Shown here: positions 1 through 13,467 of the stretch, in pieces
Position numbering within the stretch: position 1 is the first letter of the stretch
Layout: every line of letters starts with the position of its first letter
Source of the DNA: Tubulanus polymorphus
Lineage: Eukaryota; Animalia; Nemertea
DNA length: 64,000 bases
Assembly (NCBI RefSeq): GCF_964204645.1
Contig: NC_134025.1
Location: forward strand, 29,182,299 to 29,246,298
Direction: 5' to 3'
Made by a program: the position numbers and the translations under genes
The notes under the pieces: generated by a model
The model's database searches: none
What the model saw: only the letters and a program-made list of their open reading frames with translations
What the model was told of the DNA's origin: nothing

Positions 1-1006
1 TTCGTGCCAATGCAGGATTAATGTGCGCCAGCATTGTTTGAGTAAACTTCGACTCCTTGATTACATCTGTTTGCGTCCCCTCCGATATCAACCATCCATC
101 TTCAACCCATACTGATCCTGAAATGTTTGCTATAAAAGCTTGCGTGTACAACTCACTCGAATCTCGTAAATAACATTGCATTATTTTGTCATCAGCGTGA
201 ACGAAGTCTACTGTCTGGGCAATACTATCTCTTCGTGCTTTAGGTTTTACGATTGTCGGGACATCTCGACCATAGTTTCCTTTAGTTTCAATGTTATTCT
301 GGTCATTAATAATTTCCGTATTCAACTCATTTTCCGCATTTATATGGTTTAATTGTCCACCTTCAGGGATATTGTTTGATCTGTCATCAAATTCGTCAGC
401 AAATTCAACAGTTTTGGTGCTCGATCGAGAATCAGTTGTTGGTTTAGTGTGATTATTCATGAATTCCAAACCTTGTCGTGAATCAACATATTCGACCATT
501 TCTCGTGTGTTTACCTCTTCTATAATTTCCTCGCGTTCCAGTATATCGTCTTCAATCATCAAATCATTTGAATTATTGCGTATGAAATTTGCATATCCAT
601 CCGTTAATCCAGGCGACGTGTTACCTGATTGTGTAGATTGAAGTGGCATCAATTTGTTATTGTCGTTGATATTGATATCCTCTCGTATACTCGGCAGTGC
701 CGGTACACCTTCTTTTAACGGTGCATTTTCACATTTAATTACTTCTTCGATTTCGGCACCGAAGTTTTCGTCTGAATTGCAAACGCCGCTGTTCATCAAT
801 TCATTCATCTGTTGCGACTCCAGAATTATTCCTAAATCTTTCATTTTCTTAAACTTCGCTTTCGCCTTTTCTATTTTACGGAGAAAAGATTTTCTAGTTT
901 GAATACGTTTATTTCTTCGCCCAGGTTCTGTCTGTATGCATTCGTCCTCGGTACGTACAGCAGTTGTGTAATCAAGGCCTCCGTTAATCCCTCCTGAGTC
1001 TGACAT
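1..1006 (-). CDS. Uncharacterised protein, 5' part (at least 335 aa, runs off window edge); acidic/Asn-rich, probably disordered
   Basis: Manual translation from ATG at 1006 (MSDSGGINGGLDYTTAVRTEDECIQTEPGRRNKRIQTRKSFLRKIEKAKAKFKK...WVEDGWLISEGTQTDVIKESKFTQTMLAHINPALAR) is stop-free to base 1. Missing from the ORF track, probably because no stop lies in the window. Confidence 0.7.
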   Translation of the reverse strand, partial: MSDSGGINGGLDYTTAVRTEDECIQTEPGRRNKRIQTRKSFLRKIEKAKAKFKKMKDLGIILESQQMNELMNSGVCNSDENFGAEIEEVIKCENAPLKEGVPALPSIREDININDNNKLMPLQSTQSGNTSPGLTDGYANFIRNNSNDLMIEDDILEREEIIEEVNTREMVEYVDSRQGLEFMNNHTKPTTDSRSSTKTVEFADEFDDRSNNIPEGGQLNHINAENELNTEIINDQNNIETKGNYGRDVPTIVKPKARRDSIAQTVDFVHADDKIMQCYLRDSSELYTQAFIANISGSVWVEDGWLISEGTQTDVIKESKFTQTMLAHINPALAR

Positions 1007-2336
1007 GTCAGTACCAAATGCTCGCTCGTTAGACGTGGAATCCATTGTGTCGAGATTATAGGCAATTAACAATTGATCCGATCGATCGTAATTAAAATAT
1101 TGTAATTAATATCCACCGTGCAGAAACGCGTCGATCATGACTCTGGTTTTTCCGAGATTCGATCTTTACAAATGGATATCCAAGTCGTTAAACATTTTTT
1201 ACACATTTCCAGAGTTGTAAATTGCAGATCTTCACGGCGACTTTAAACACTTATAGTTTTGTCACAGAACTATTTACTTTTCTCGTCGGCGATGTTTGCA
1301 CTTCGAAAGCCGTCTTTCTACAAATGCAATTTATAAAGATATATATTAAAACTTCCCAGACTACTGTGTCCTTTCATCGAGCGTATTAAGAATATATACT
1401 TACACAACATTAGTACAATAAAATGTCAAACGAATTGAATGTGTACACTATCCGACAAAATAAACTAGTTCCCACTGAAATGCATTTCGGGGTTATATTG
1501 AAAAACCAATCCTGTTTATACCTGGATACGATTTATGCAAATATGCGTGGATTTTATGCTACAATTAGCAACGATTCAGTGGTCAGAAATAAGATTTAAG
1601 ACATGCCGAGTGAAGATTGACGTTGGATATTAAAGTCACGCTGTCATTATCAATCAAGTCGACAGGGAATCCCTTTAGCGAATTCTGAATGGAACTATAA
1701 ACTTTATGTTTAAGATTATGTTTGTATTTACGTATAGTTCGCTGTGACATATCAATATACACAAACCGTAGAGCTGAAAATTGGATTTTTACATGTTCTT
1801 AGTACATTATTCATTTCTTTTCAAATTCTCCAACTTGCACGAAAAATAAAATGGTCGCTTGTTTCGTTTAATCCAATGGCGTAACTTTTTCACTGGTCGA
1901 ATACATTTTGACGCATAAATCATTAAAAATCATACATCCCAGGAACAGGTGGACGTTATTACGTCAAGTTGAATGTCGTGCAAGTGTCAGGGGTGGCGAT
2001 GCGTGAACCTGGACGTCTCAGCGCATCACATCGACGGCCGAGCGCTATTGGTCGCTAACTACTGTAGAGTCGTGGATGACGTATGTGAACGGAAGGCCTA
2101 CGCGTTACATCGAAGCACACTCTCTAAACTCTTCCATTCTTATTCATTTTAAAAAGAAAAAAGTAACTTTTATTTCTGAACGTATCAACACGAAACAATG
2201 TGAAATGCATACAGAGTTCATGACTAAACAGAAGAACAACAACTTAAAAAAGAATAAAATGTTTGAAAAATAATGTCAACTATTTTGGAGAAGTCAACTC
2301 AGATTTTAACAGATAAATTTTGTGAGAAAACTTATT

Positions 2337-5300
2337 TCATTGTTTTCTCAATCTTGGTTGATTGTCGTAATCGCGTTTCGTGGTTTCTTCAACCGGTGGA
2401 ATTATCTCCCAGCCCATGGTATCATCACCGTTTCGTTGATTATCCTCGCTTTTATCATCGCTATCCTCTTCACTCAACGATTCATCATCATCATCGCCAT
2501 TTTTATCATTTAACGGGTCTTTACTCCAATCATCCGTTTTCTTCCTCCAAACCCAATTTTGGTCTGAAATAGAATCAACCCAACTCAATGAATTCGTCGG
2601 TTTCTGTTCAAATTGCCAGGTCAAAGTTATTTAAGCAAAATACCAGAAACACTTACCCGCATCTTTCAGCAGTTCTTGCAAATTAACTTCACTTCCCATC
2701 ATAATATCATCTTCATCTAAAAAAAGATAAAAGGTATACGTGAAAAGGGCATGTTTACTACATTTAACACACGATGAAATACCACAATACAAAATAAACC
2801 AGGATGTAGTCGAAAACGTTGAATGATGTATCAACTCAAGGAAACTTTTAGGACTCTGATATCTGATACCCATTCACCTTCATCATCCTCTTCATCTTTC
2901 TTTCGAAATAAGTTCTTCACGAAAGCTTTAATCCACGTCCACAGTTCTTCATCTTTTCTCAGACAAACGTAAAACAACAGCAGATGTCCAATGCACAGAG
3001 CAGTCGTAATCTAGGGATGAAATAGTAAGTAATCAGTCAGAAAAAAAACATAGAAAACAAGAGTGTAAACTCTGATCGGCGCCGAATGAAGGCAATCATA
3101 AATACGAATTCGCATACCACAAATAATGGCACAGCCACATAATACGTGTCAATTGGAAGTCCGTGTATTCGTAGAATGAACCTGACTGTAAAATCACAGT
3201 AAGTCGTTCCCTTATTAACTCCCCTGAAACGAGAAAATTGTATTTGTCTCCAATGAGATTACCAATCGATAAGAACCCGGCCGCGGCCGCTGGACGTAAA
3301 CATTCTCAGCCAACTTACTTATTGGAAACTTCTACGAGATACGTAACTTCTGGAGCATGCGGGAATGGTATAGGCATGTCCGCCATACAACTAGAACTAC
3401 GCATACACAGCCAACTATAAAAATCAGTGACAAAACAACACAAAATGAGATGATAAATGAAGATCAGGCTATTTTCAAAATAGACAATTAATTTACTTGA
3501 TTCCGTTACGTGTATGATCAAATATGTGCCAATGCGTTGAGTCTCCCTCTCCTTCGACCATTGGCCCCCAAACTAACCAGTTGTTAGCCCTGAAGATATA
3601 CAACGAATATTTCTCTAAACCATCGGATCCACAGATTTCACCTATTTACCGATATAATGAAACTTACGATTCTTTAGTTTGATTGTTATATTTCTGTATC
3701 TGATCGTCGGTGTACATCTCTATGTTTTCTCTGCCGTAATAACTGCCACCAATGACGGTAAAAGTATAATTACCGGTATATCTCCATGAGATACCGGTCG
3801 CCGTATCAATTACCATGAAATAAGGATTGAAACCTTGAAAGATCGAGAATTACATCGTTTTTGAAGAATGAAAATTAAGAACTGCGTTGACAGATTTTGT
3901 ATACCGTTATAATGACTCACTGTTAGTGTAATATACGCAGGGAAAGTCTTCATCTGGATATACACAGTCATACGGAACTTCATGAAATTCAGCGAGTTTT
4001 GCCGACGTTGCACTCACATCAGATTTCAGTTTATAAGTCGGAGGACATCCAAGCACAACATTAGTTGTATATAATCCCTACAACGAATAAATAATAATAC
4101 TTAACTTGAAAATATGAAATTTTCAATGTACTTATTGCATAAAACAAGTGCATATTTCATCTGTATATACAACAGAATGTTGAGATATTACCAATGGCTT
4201 GCTATTAGATTTGGTTGGATCCTTACAATCTAAAGCGCTATCCCAAACTGACATAATCAATGAGACAGGATAGAGATTGACACCCGGTTTATCCTGAATC
4301 TGAAGATTCCCAGAACTAGAGACAGAAGCCTGAAATGAAATACATACCAACAAAATCCATGAATAAATATAAAACAAATCTATGAGTAAATAGACAATAT
4401 AACTCTCACCTCATAGCTAATCGATTCATTCAAATTGTGAACGTGTCGTATACTGTCAACACGTAAAATATCACTACGTGAAATACTGAACGATACTTGA
4501 ATGTCATCAAGAGATTTAATACCTAAAATAGTACATATATCATCCATATAACATTCATAAAACATGCGGATTATCCATCAGAAATGATTCTAGTGTCTTA
4601 ACCTTGAGAATAAACAGATTCCATTTGAATGACAACATTGAAAGAGAAATCTTCCAGTCGATCGAGGAATACGATTTCAGGTAGATCAGGCTGTTCAATC
4701 CAACTCGTATTAAACACCTATCGGAAGTAGATGGTAAATATATATATATATATATACTATTACTGTAAATCCCTTAATCAAAACCGCAGAACCCCGTGCA
4801 ACCTTACCTTCCAATAATCCATCAGATTGATTTCAATTTCATGTTTCAGAAGGTGGTTATCGTACAAATAATCGTTATAGCCCTACGATTACAAATCGTT
4901 AGATCAAAACTCAGTGAAAGTTGAATATAATTCTGCAGCCTGTAGCTCGCAGTAAGTAATACCTGATAAGTTATACGACCTCTCCATTTAGACACTCTGT
5001 CCGTATATTCGTCCAAATAAATCTTCTTATCATTTAAATCCATGTTTATCAAGTCGTGAGCTATGGCCTGGTAGGTGAGTAGACCATCAATTTTATATTT
5101 TTTCATGTAATATGACAATCGAGGCGTCCCGAATTCAAAAACCTGAAAACATATTCATGTTTCGAGTGAAAATTCAAAACACATATGAAGCAGGAAAATA
5201 TTAATGAAATCTACACTATTTTTGTATGATAACACAATGCACAAAGCAATAAAACAAACCAACTGAAGTCGTAACGAAACACAACTGACTGAATATTTAA

Positions 5301-8300
5301 GAATATCAACTATTCAACTTGCCTGTTTGCCAGAATGATAGAATCTAGGGTCGGTATCAAACCAGAGTTTAAAGAAAGGACATTTCTTTATGAAATGCAC
5401 ACTTTCCGGACTGGTTGGACTACAGGATTGGGCGCTGTAATTTATTTGAAAATCGGATATTTCTGGATAGATATAATGAAATGATCTTGTTTAAATTGGA
5501 GTTTCTAAAGAAGACAGACTTACCCGCTTATCTGGGCCTTTTGGGGATAGAAATTTAACATATCACTCTCCAAACTAATGATTCCACCTAATTCAACAAC
5601 GTGTTTTTCCAATGAATTAAGATTACTTCCATTGATTGTTGCCAAAAGCTAAAACAATTCGTAAATAATGAATTCTTTGAGTCTCACAAATGCAATATAT
5701 TTGCCTCAAGAGATTTCCAGCATTTTTTCCTGTTTACCTGATTCAAGCGATTGTGGTAATCGAAGAATATACTGACGGTGGAGTAGATCAGTGAATTTCC
5801 GTGCGACAAATCTTGATTAAACCAATGATAAATATACCAACCACCGGACGGATTCAGTTTCTTAATTTGAGTTTTCGCAACTAAACCATACCACAACTAA
5901 AATCGAATACAATATATAAGCAGAGAACTGGAATAAGCAGAGACATCGAAGCTTATACTTTAGCACAGTTTTGATACTGATTTCGCGTAGCATATACCTC
6001 TCCATTATCGGTGAGAAATGCAAATTGACCGTCGACTGATGTGGTGAAGTAAGAGATATTACTGTTACTGTTGTACTCGGCGACCATATGGACGGAAGCA
6101 CCAGCATCATCACTGAAATAACATTGATTAAACAACTAAACATATCAAAAATGCCTAAAGTTTGTAGTAAAAGGGAACGTTTATTTAGTACGTACCGCAG
6201 AATTTGTCAATCATTTGATTATGAATACTGATTAAGCATTATACACAGGGAGAAGGGGCCAGTTTGATAGTAAGTCGATTTGATGCCACGTGATATTCAC
6301 CTGTGCAACAGTTTGCTTCCCCAAATGTAGACATGACTAGTAATGAATGCGGGAAATGTTAAACCTTTCAGATACAACGAACCCGCAATCACTTCACTAT
6401 GGAACGTGTTTATCTCGGCAGGGTGAAGTAAACTGACATCTCTGGAAATATTAGTCAATGTACTGAACACTCCACTAGTAGAATTGTTACCTATGGAATG
6501 AGAAATAGTGAGGGAGCATTTTATGGGTGTAATCAAAAAACCTATACGAACTATTTTCACGAAAATATTTATCGAAAGTTAAAAAAAAAGTTTTTGCTCA
6601 GTTGGTTGATTACGGACTGGGTCGTCCTGAAGCGTATGAAAATGATATCAGAAACATACCTTCAAAGAGAACTAACTGGTAAAACGAATCAAGAGATAGT
6701 AGAATTAAGAAATTGCAGCCACCGACTGGTAAAGGGGCAGCATCAACAACGCTACATGTATTTCCTCTACCGGCACAAACCGTATTTAACGTGTACTCAT
6801 TTTTTAACTCGGTAAAAGACAGCCTTACGCCTTAAAACAAAAATATATGAAAATATGAATGTATAATGATTTGAATTGCCGCATTAGTTTTCATAACAGA
6901 CATCGCACAACTGATACCTTCAGTTAAACGACTCGCGAAAACTGAATCTACGGTTCGAATAAGGAGATGTTTCTCGCGCAGAAGGAATTGCGTTGGTAGA
7001 ACGATACCAGCTACACATCGGGATAGTACTACCTGGGGTACATGTGCGGATACAAGAGCTTCTTGTAAATGTCGATAGTTTCCAAATATTTCTACCAGTC
7101 CTTGCTGAAAATTTTGAAGATTGAAGTAAGGGAATCGATCAGAGGGTCTTAAGCCTAGCGCACATCGACACTGCGATTGGAGACAACTAGTTGCTACCGA
7201 ACGATTACCCCGCGCACATCGAAATCTAGTTACAACCGGTCAGTTGCAGCAACCGCATGGCGCGTGTCGATCGTCGAGATCCAGAGCGCGCACATCGACG
7301 GATATGACTGCGATTGAGTACAACCAGTTGCTCAAAAGTAGAACATGGGCAACTGGCTGGAACTGGAGATAGATCGACGCTTACCAATCGTAAGCTCGCT
7401 CACATCGACACATTCAAGCAACTGATCGTATCCAGCCAGTTCCTCTCATGCGCCGAAAACTGCCTTGCAACTAGTTGTCTCCAATCGCAGTGTCGATGTG
7501 CGCTAGGCTTTAACGATCTATACATGAACATTGTCAACTAGCCTACATCTTTTTACATCAAAGAACTTTTAATTCAGTATGTTCTTTGCTTATACGTATT
7601 GTTAATGATTATGAAATAAATATTCATCATTTTTAAATATATGTTTTACCTGTGTGCTCAGTAGAATTCGATCCTGTAGAGAAGCTGTATTATAAACAAT
7701 AGAAGCACCGGCGCTACAAACATCAGGTCCGCTTAGAGAAGCTAAAATAGTCAACTGCAGCACAGAAATCTCATTGAATTCCTTTTCGGCATAAAGAATG
7801 TGGTCATTTTGAAAACCACCGACGACAATAACTGGAGAGGCTTTAGGTAGGAATTTAAGCTGTAAGATATTCGTCCAGGAAAATGAATCTAAAGCTTGTA
7901 ATGGTTTCTGCAACCCGAGCACGTTAGAAACAGAGCGAGTTGCAGCCTCGAACTTGAAGCCATCCATAGGTACAATAGTTCTAGTAAAGAAATATGAAAT
8001 TCTGATTAAATATTAGTTGAATATTGATACATCACGATGTGAATATATCAAAAGCTTACTCAGATTGAATAGTCTGTCTGATTCCATCAGCAGTAACTTT
8101 TATATCGATGATAAGTGTTTTCTTATCAACGGGCAGTGGAACTAACCAGGTAGGGTGACATATAACAGTTCCGCAATCGACTCCTAAAAATCAACAGAAA
8201 TAATTCTTCACGGCGCCCCTTTTTTCAAAGAACAATATTTAAAAACGATTGTTTCAATCGATGGTACCTGAAATAGCGCTGATATCGGCTAAAGCACCAA

Positions 8301-9135
8301 ACATCTCAAATTGTACGACTCCTTCATTTCTACCAAACATCAATTCACCCCAATATGTCATAATCACTTTTGGTTGTGATATTGACAGAGCTAATTCCAG
8401 AGCCTGCTTGCCTTCAGCCTGAAAAAAAAATCGTAAATCGTCGTGAATGTTAACCCGAAGATTATCCCCGGTGAGAGACCAAACGATCACTACGATACAT
8501 ACGTGTCTTTCAATGAAAAAAGTTAGGCCTATGCGATCTTTCTAAAAACACTTACATCATTATCGCACTTGAGTTTTATACTTAGAAAATAGGTATAACC
8601 TAGATATCCGGTCTGAATGATAAAAAAGCATCGTTAGAACATAGCACATAGTTAGAACAATAGGACCCGTTTCATCCACAGTTCTTGGTAAGATTTGACA
8701 TTAAATTTCAGTTTGATTCGTTCATTTTCAATCAGAACTATCGGTGAGCAACCGGGTCCTGGTTCTAAATTATGGATGAGAATGAATGTTGATTTACTAA
8801 CAGTAGGCTTCAGTATGATATTCTTCACGTCGTACATATAATCTGAAACTCGTTCCGTGATATCGAAATGAGTGTTTATATTTTCAACTACGGATTCTTC
8901 TTGAAGAGGTGAATCGGTACTGGTTACTGTAATATCCCAGCGACAATCTTTAGCCAAACTGTGAAAACCAGAGACTAACAACAAACTGTCTCCTAAAAAA
9001 GCCGAATGAATAAGATATATTCTTGTAAAAAAGTCTGCAGGCTGTTCATCACAAGGTCTTAATATACGGTGAACATGACTTCTTACCAATAATCATTCCA
9101 AGGACAATAATCATAATGTTAGTTCCAAAAAACAT
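2337..9135 (-). CDS. CATSPERG: Cation channel sperm-associated auxiliary subunit gamma-like (multi-exon)
   Basis: Signal-like first exon MFFGTNIMIIVLGMII (ATG 9135), then KDCRWDITV and GYLGYTYFLSIKLKCD. C-terminal exons read GCPPTYKLKSDVSAT...YDCVYPDEDFPCVYY, LIDTATGISWRYTGNYTFTVIGG, SWLCMRSSSC...PHAPEVTYLVEVSN and GVNKGTTYCDFTVRFILRIHGLP, then a TM segment and acidic tail (stop 2337). These match my recollection of vertebrate CATSPERG (GCPPGKRL...FDC...PC, WLCLENAPC...APEFFFKVLVSN, TYCNYQLTFLLHIHGLP). Not every exon boundary was resolved. Confidence 0.85.
7152..7509. mobile_element. PIF/Harbinger-like MITE in a CATSPERG intron
   Basis: Perfect ~43-bp TIRs (AGCCTAGCGCACATCGACACTGCGATTGGAGACAACTAGTTGC), TTA on both sides (7149-7151, 7510-7512), and internal CACATCGA sub-repeats. 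Confidence 0.85.
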
Positions 9136-10326
9136 TCTTGTGACAAACTTGGCACATGTACCGGTGAGGCTACTAACTGCTGTGAGAGAATGGTGGAGCA
9201 TACCAGGTACCGGACCAGTACGTGTAGAAATGTTTCTGTTGACAAAATAATGTAGGCCTATCTTTCAAACGGGCCTAGGCCTACTGGTATTGTCTGTAAA
9301 AGTAGAATGTTGTCCAATGAATTACCAATTGGAATTGAAAAGCAGCAATTAAATTACACTTGAATAGCTAAATTTTTGCTTTATTTTCTATACGCCTAAT
9401 TTAGGTATAAATTGCCCTCGAGGCTCTCTTGTTTATTAGAAAATGGTAGGCGGCCCCTGTTGAACAGGCCTCCAAACCTGACTGGTCACACCATATTAAG
9501 TGCTGGTGGTGGTCACTAATCCAAAGGCAAACTTCCAATCAGATCTCAGTCTAGTCTAGACTGGTCAGTGGTTTTGGTACTATTATCGGGCGTGTATGTT
9601 AGGTCTCGGGTTTGAAGTTCGGTGATGCAGGGTACGATGATAGATGTTGGAAAGGATCCCCTTTTTTGCTGTTTTAGAATTACCGACTACCGTACAAAAA
9701 CAAGAAGTATTTCTTGAGTTGTCTCGAATATTGCTGATGTTCTGGTTTTGGTTTAACTTTTTGGAATAATGAACTGCCCTTGCTTGAATAGTTCCAAAAA
9801 GGCTACGCGACTGATCTGATGAGTCGAGTAGGCCTACCGGTACTCTCGGGCTCGGCGGTAGGAGGCGACACAACTAATCGATGGCTTTTTTAGATTTTAT
9901 AAATACAGCAGGGCAAATAAAGCACGGCACTTCTTACAGATAATATCTCTCGCCATCCTTAATGTTACTTCTCATATATTTGGGGTTTTAAGATATGAAA
10001 TTCTTCTACAACACCAGTGACGGACAATTTTTAAGTGGATAAAACAGTTCGTAGTTGCCGCTGCCATTATTACTCGCTTCCCTGTGCCTGCGCTCAATCT
10101 TAATAGCTATTTTCTACTATAAATAGACTCTTTATAACATTATATTTGTTCTCGAACAATTCATAAGTAATCTCCGCATGTTTTGTTCGTAAGCTTCATT
10201 TTTCGTTTAGTCCAGGCAAAATCTTACATTCCTTCCGAAATTATTACATCTCCATTTGCTGAGACTAACAACTTTGTCTTAAAACTTTGACCGACCCAAA
10301 AATCTGCAAACGCCTCTTTTTCTACA

Positions 10327-12523
10327 ATGATGTCACTACTTAAGATTCCTGCCAGGACTTTTGCCTCATCGGCAACAAAATGCGATGTGATTAAAAATGT
10401 GACGATTCTCGGTGGAGGATTGATGGGTTCTGGAATTGCTCAAGTAAGGCAAACTTTTGAGAATCAATCAACTCAATCAAAAGTCAATTTTATTGCATAT
10501 CATGTAGCGTCTGCAGGGAACTGGGTTCTCTTTTTTCAGTTGAACCTATTCTTTTAATCTACATTATTCAAGCACTATATCGACCACTCTTCGAGGACTG
10601 ATCTAACTCTTGTTGTTTTTAAACTTGTAGGTGGCAGCCGCTACTGAACACAATGTTACAGTCGTTGATAAAGATGCTGATTTACTGATTAACTCAACAA
10701 ACATCATCTCTAAAAGTCTGACAAGAGTAGCAAAAAAGAAGTTTCAAAGTGATGAACAGGTAAGTCTAATCGATCCATCCCTCACGAGTACCCGTATTAA
10801 GAAAAGATAAATGTAACACTTAATTCATTAGTTTCTTGTTGTCAATATTTTTAGGCTGGTAAGAAGTACGTTGATGACACAATGAACCGAGTGAAAACCA
10901 GCACAGATATAGAACAAGCCGTTGCGAACACTGATTTAGTGATAGAAGCAGTTTCAGAGAATCTAGCTTTGAAGAAGTCTTTATTCAGCACAATTGATGC
11001 CGTAGCTCCGAAGTATGTTCCTTGAAATTATCAGTTTATTGATGAGTAACGAGACGAGTAGTACTATATAGGTTAACTATTTATTTGACGCATGAGCTTT
11101 CGCTACTAATGAATAGAAGCTTCATCAGTTGAATGAGTATAGTCGATAGAAAAACAATATTCTCAGTTTATTGATGGTGAAGTTTTTCCGTAGGAAGGGC
11201 TTCGTACAATCATAATTAATAACATCCTCATCCACATGAGAGTAGACTGTTTGAAACTCGAATGCTTTCAAGTCGCTGAACTCAAACACACATGTTAGAA
11301 CTTTTGCGACGGAATGTGAAATAAATTCCATTGTCTAACTCGAATTGTCATCTCATTTGTACGAAGATCATTGGTCTCAATTCATTCTAGTTAGGGGTCT
11401 AGTTTTATAATTATTCTAAATCAATCGTTTGTTTAAGAAAATCAAAGGAAGAATCGTCATTTGTTTTGTTGATTAATCCAGCCAAATTATTTATTTCTTC
11501 AGAAATGCGGTATTCGTGAGTAATTCTTCATCAATACCGATCAGTGATATCGCAGCAGCAACAAAACGATTAGATCAGTTCGGTGGACTTCATTTTTTTA
11601 ATCCTGTTCCCGTGATGAAACTAGTCGAGGTAGCACTAATTCGCTTGCAGGCTCAATATCACAAAAGGGATTAACTCCTAAAAAGACAAACCGAATTAAT
11701 CAAGAAATTTAATTGTGTTGAGAATTAAACTTTTCATGCACATGGGCCCGGGGTTTCGTACCAGAAAAAGTGATGTATTTTTCTTTGATTTGTTTATTTT
11801 TAGCTCGTCAGAATTAATGAGACAAACGATACAACATTTAACAAATTGAAAGCATTCTCGAAAAAATTGGGCAAAACTGTGGTTTCATGTAAGGTATGCG
11901 ATTATTATTTGAACCTGGCTAGACACATGCTAGCCCCCATGCTAGATAAACCAGATCAGATCAGTCTGATGTGATTGAGATTATTAAAGCTCTATGATTT
12001 TACCCATTTATAGGATACAAGTGGGTTCGTTGTGAATAGACTGCTAGTTCCGTATTTATATGAAGCTGTTAGGATGTATGAGAGAGGTAAAGTGCTTTAG
12101 TTTACCATTGTATTATGATGTCGAAAGGCTTTCTTTACTGTTGAGGAAATGAAATAAACAACATATTTGTGATATCATTTTAGGTGATGCAGATTTCAAA
12201 GATATCGATACAGCTATGAAGTTAGGTTGTGGATATCCAATGGGTCCATTCGAACTGATTGATGTAGTAGGATTGGATACTATGAAATTCATTTATGATG
12301 ACAAGGATGGCAAGTGAAAACCATTCATAAATTATTTATAAACTCCATTATAAAAGTATCTATCAAACGATACATTATATGCGCTTCATTATTTTTAGGT
12401 TGGCACACTCGAAATCCTGATAACCCTTTGTTCAATCCCAGTCCATTACTCAACAAGATGGTTGAAGAGGGAAAACTTGGTCGAAAGTCTGGTGAAGGCT
12501 TCTACAAGTACAACAAAAAATAG
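10327..12523 (+). CDS. HADH: Mitochondrial short-chain 3-hydroxyacyl-CoA dehydrogenase, 8 exons
   Basis: Transit-like N-terminus, Rossmann motif [80 protein letters not shown]. Approximate exons 10327-10443, 10631-10759, 10855-11011, 11503-11629, 11803-11893, 12014-12086, 12184-12309, 12399-12523. AATAAA near 12580. Confidence 0.96.
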
Positions 12524-13467
12524 ATTCAAATGAATTAGCTTTGACACTGTATTAATTATTCATACTCAATATTTATTACAAATAAAATAAGTTGAGTTCA
12601 ACTCGAAATTTGCTTTGTTCTTCTGGTTAATCTAAGGCTACATAGATTCAATGTTTGTCAGGAATTGGTGACCAGCGCTTTTTGGAATTTAAGGCAGTAA
12701 AGATGAACATTGGATTTAAGCTTGGAGGTAATTACCAACTGATATATTTCTAGTCTTTTGAATAAACTTTTAGCCTTTAATTCATCTATCGTGAGATGTT
12801 ACTCTTTCGTTTTCTCTCGGATATTGTGATCTACGACTGATTCGTGAATATTATTGGACTGTACGATACCAGTGTGCCACGAATGCTGTGCTGACGACGT
12901 TTCAGTAGATCCGACAGATTTTCGCTTTATCCACACTGCCTACTGCGAGCACGGGTCACGCAGCGGCGGCACTGCGCAGTTTCAAGAAGTAGTTTACAGA
13001 TTGTCAAAATTCATGAAATAATGTCGAGGTACCTCCTCTCTCTCTTAAATACAATACAGGGGCGTAGCCAGGGGGAGGGGATTCGTGCAAACCACCTGAG
13101 AAAAGCAAGAGTTCTGCATTATTTGGGCCATAAGATTTTCTTTAGACGTTTAAGGTTGCAGGCCTTTTTTAGTACACAGTACTCCACACCGCCGACTCAC
13201 GACTTTCAGTTTTATTCAGACACCCCCAGTAAAATGTCTGGTTTAGTTTCACGATCGGATATTTTCACAAACCACATTGGTATAAGCCCATCCGATTATA
13301 AAAGCTTAACTAAACTAAAATCAGTGTCTCCTAAAACCATCCACCTGCAATGACCTTAAATTTTCCTGAACAAATCTTTAATCATAGGATCCTGGATAGG
13401 TCTGTGAGTGTGAAACATCATTGCTTCTATGATGCATTCAATTGTAGTTGATGGATATTGAAAGACG

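Noticed and set aside
9583-10070. Short minus-strand ORFs upstream of CATSPERG
   Set aside because: No recognisable homology or splice linkage; probably UTR/promoter sequence between divergent CATSPERG and HADH.
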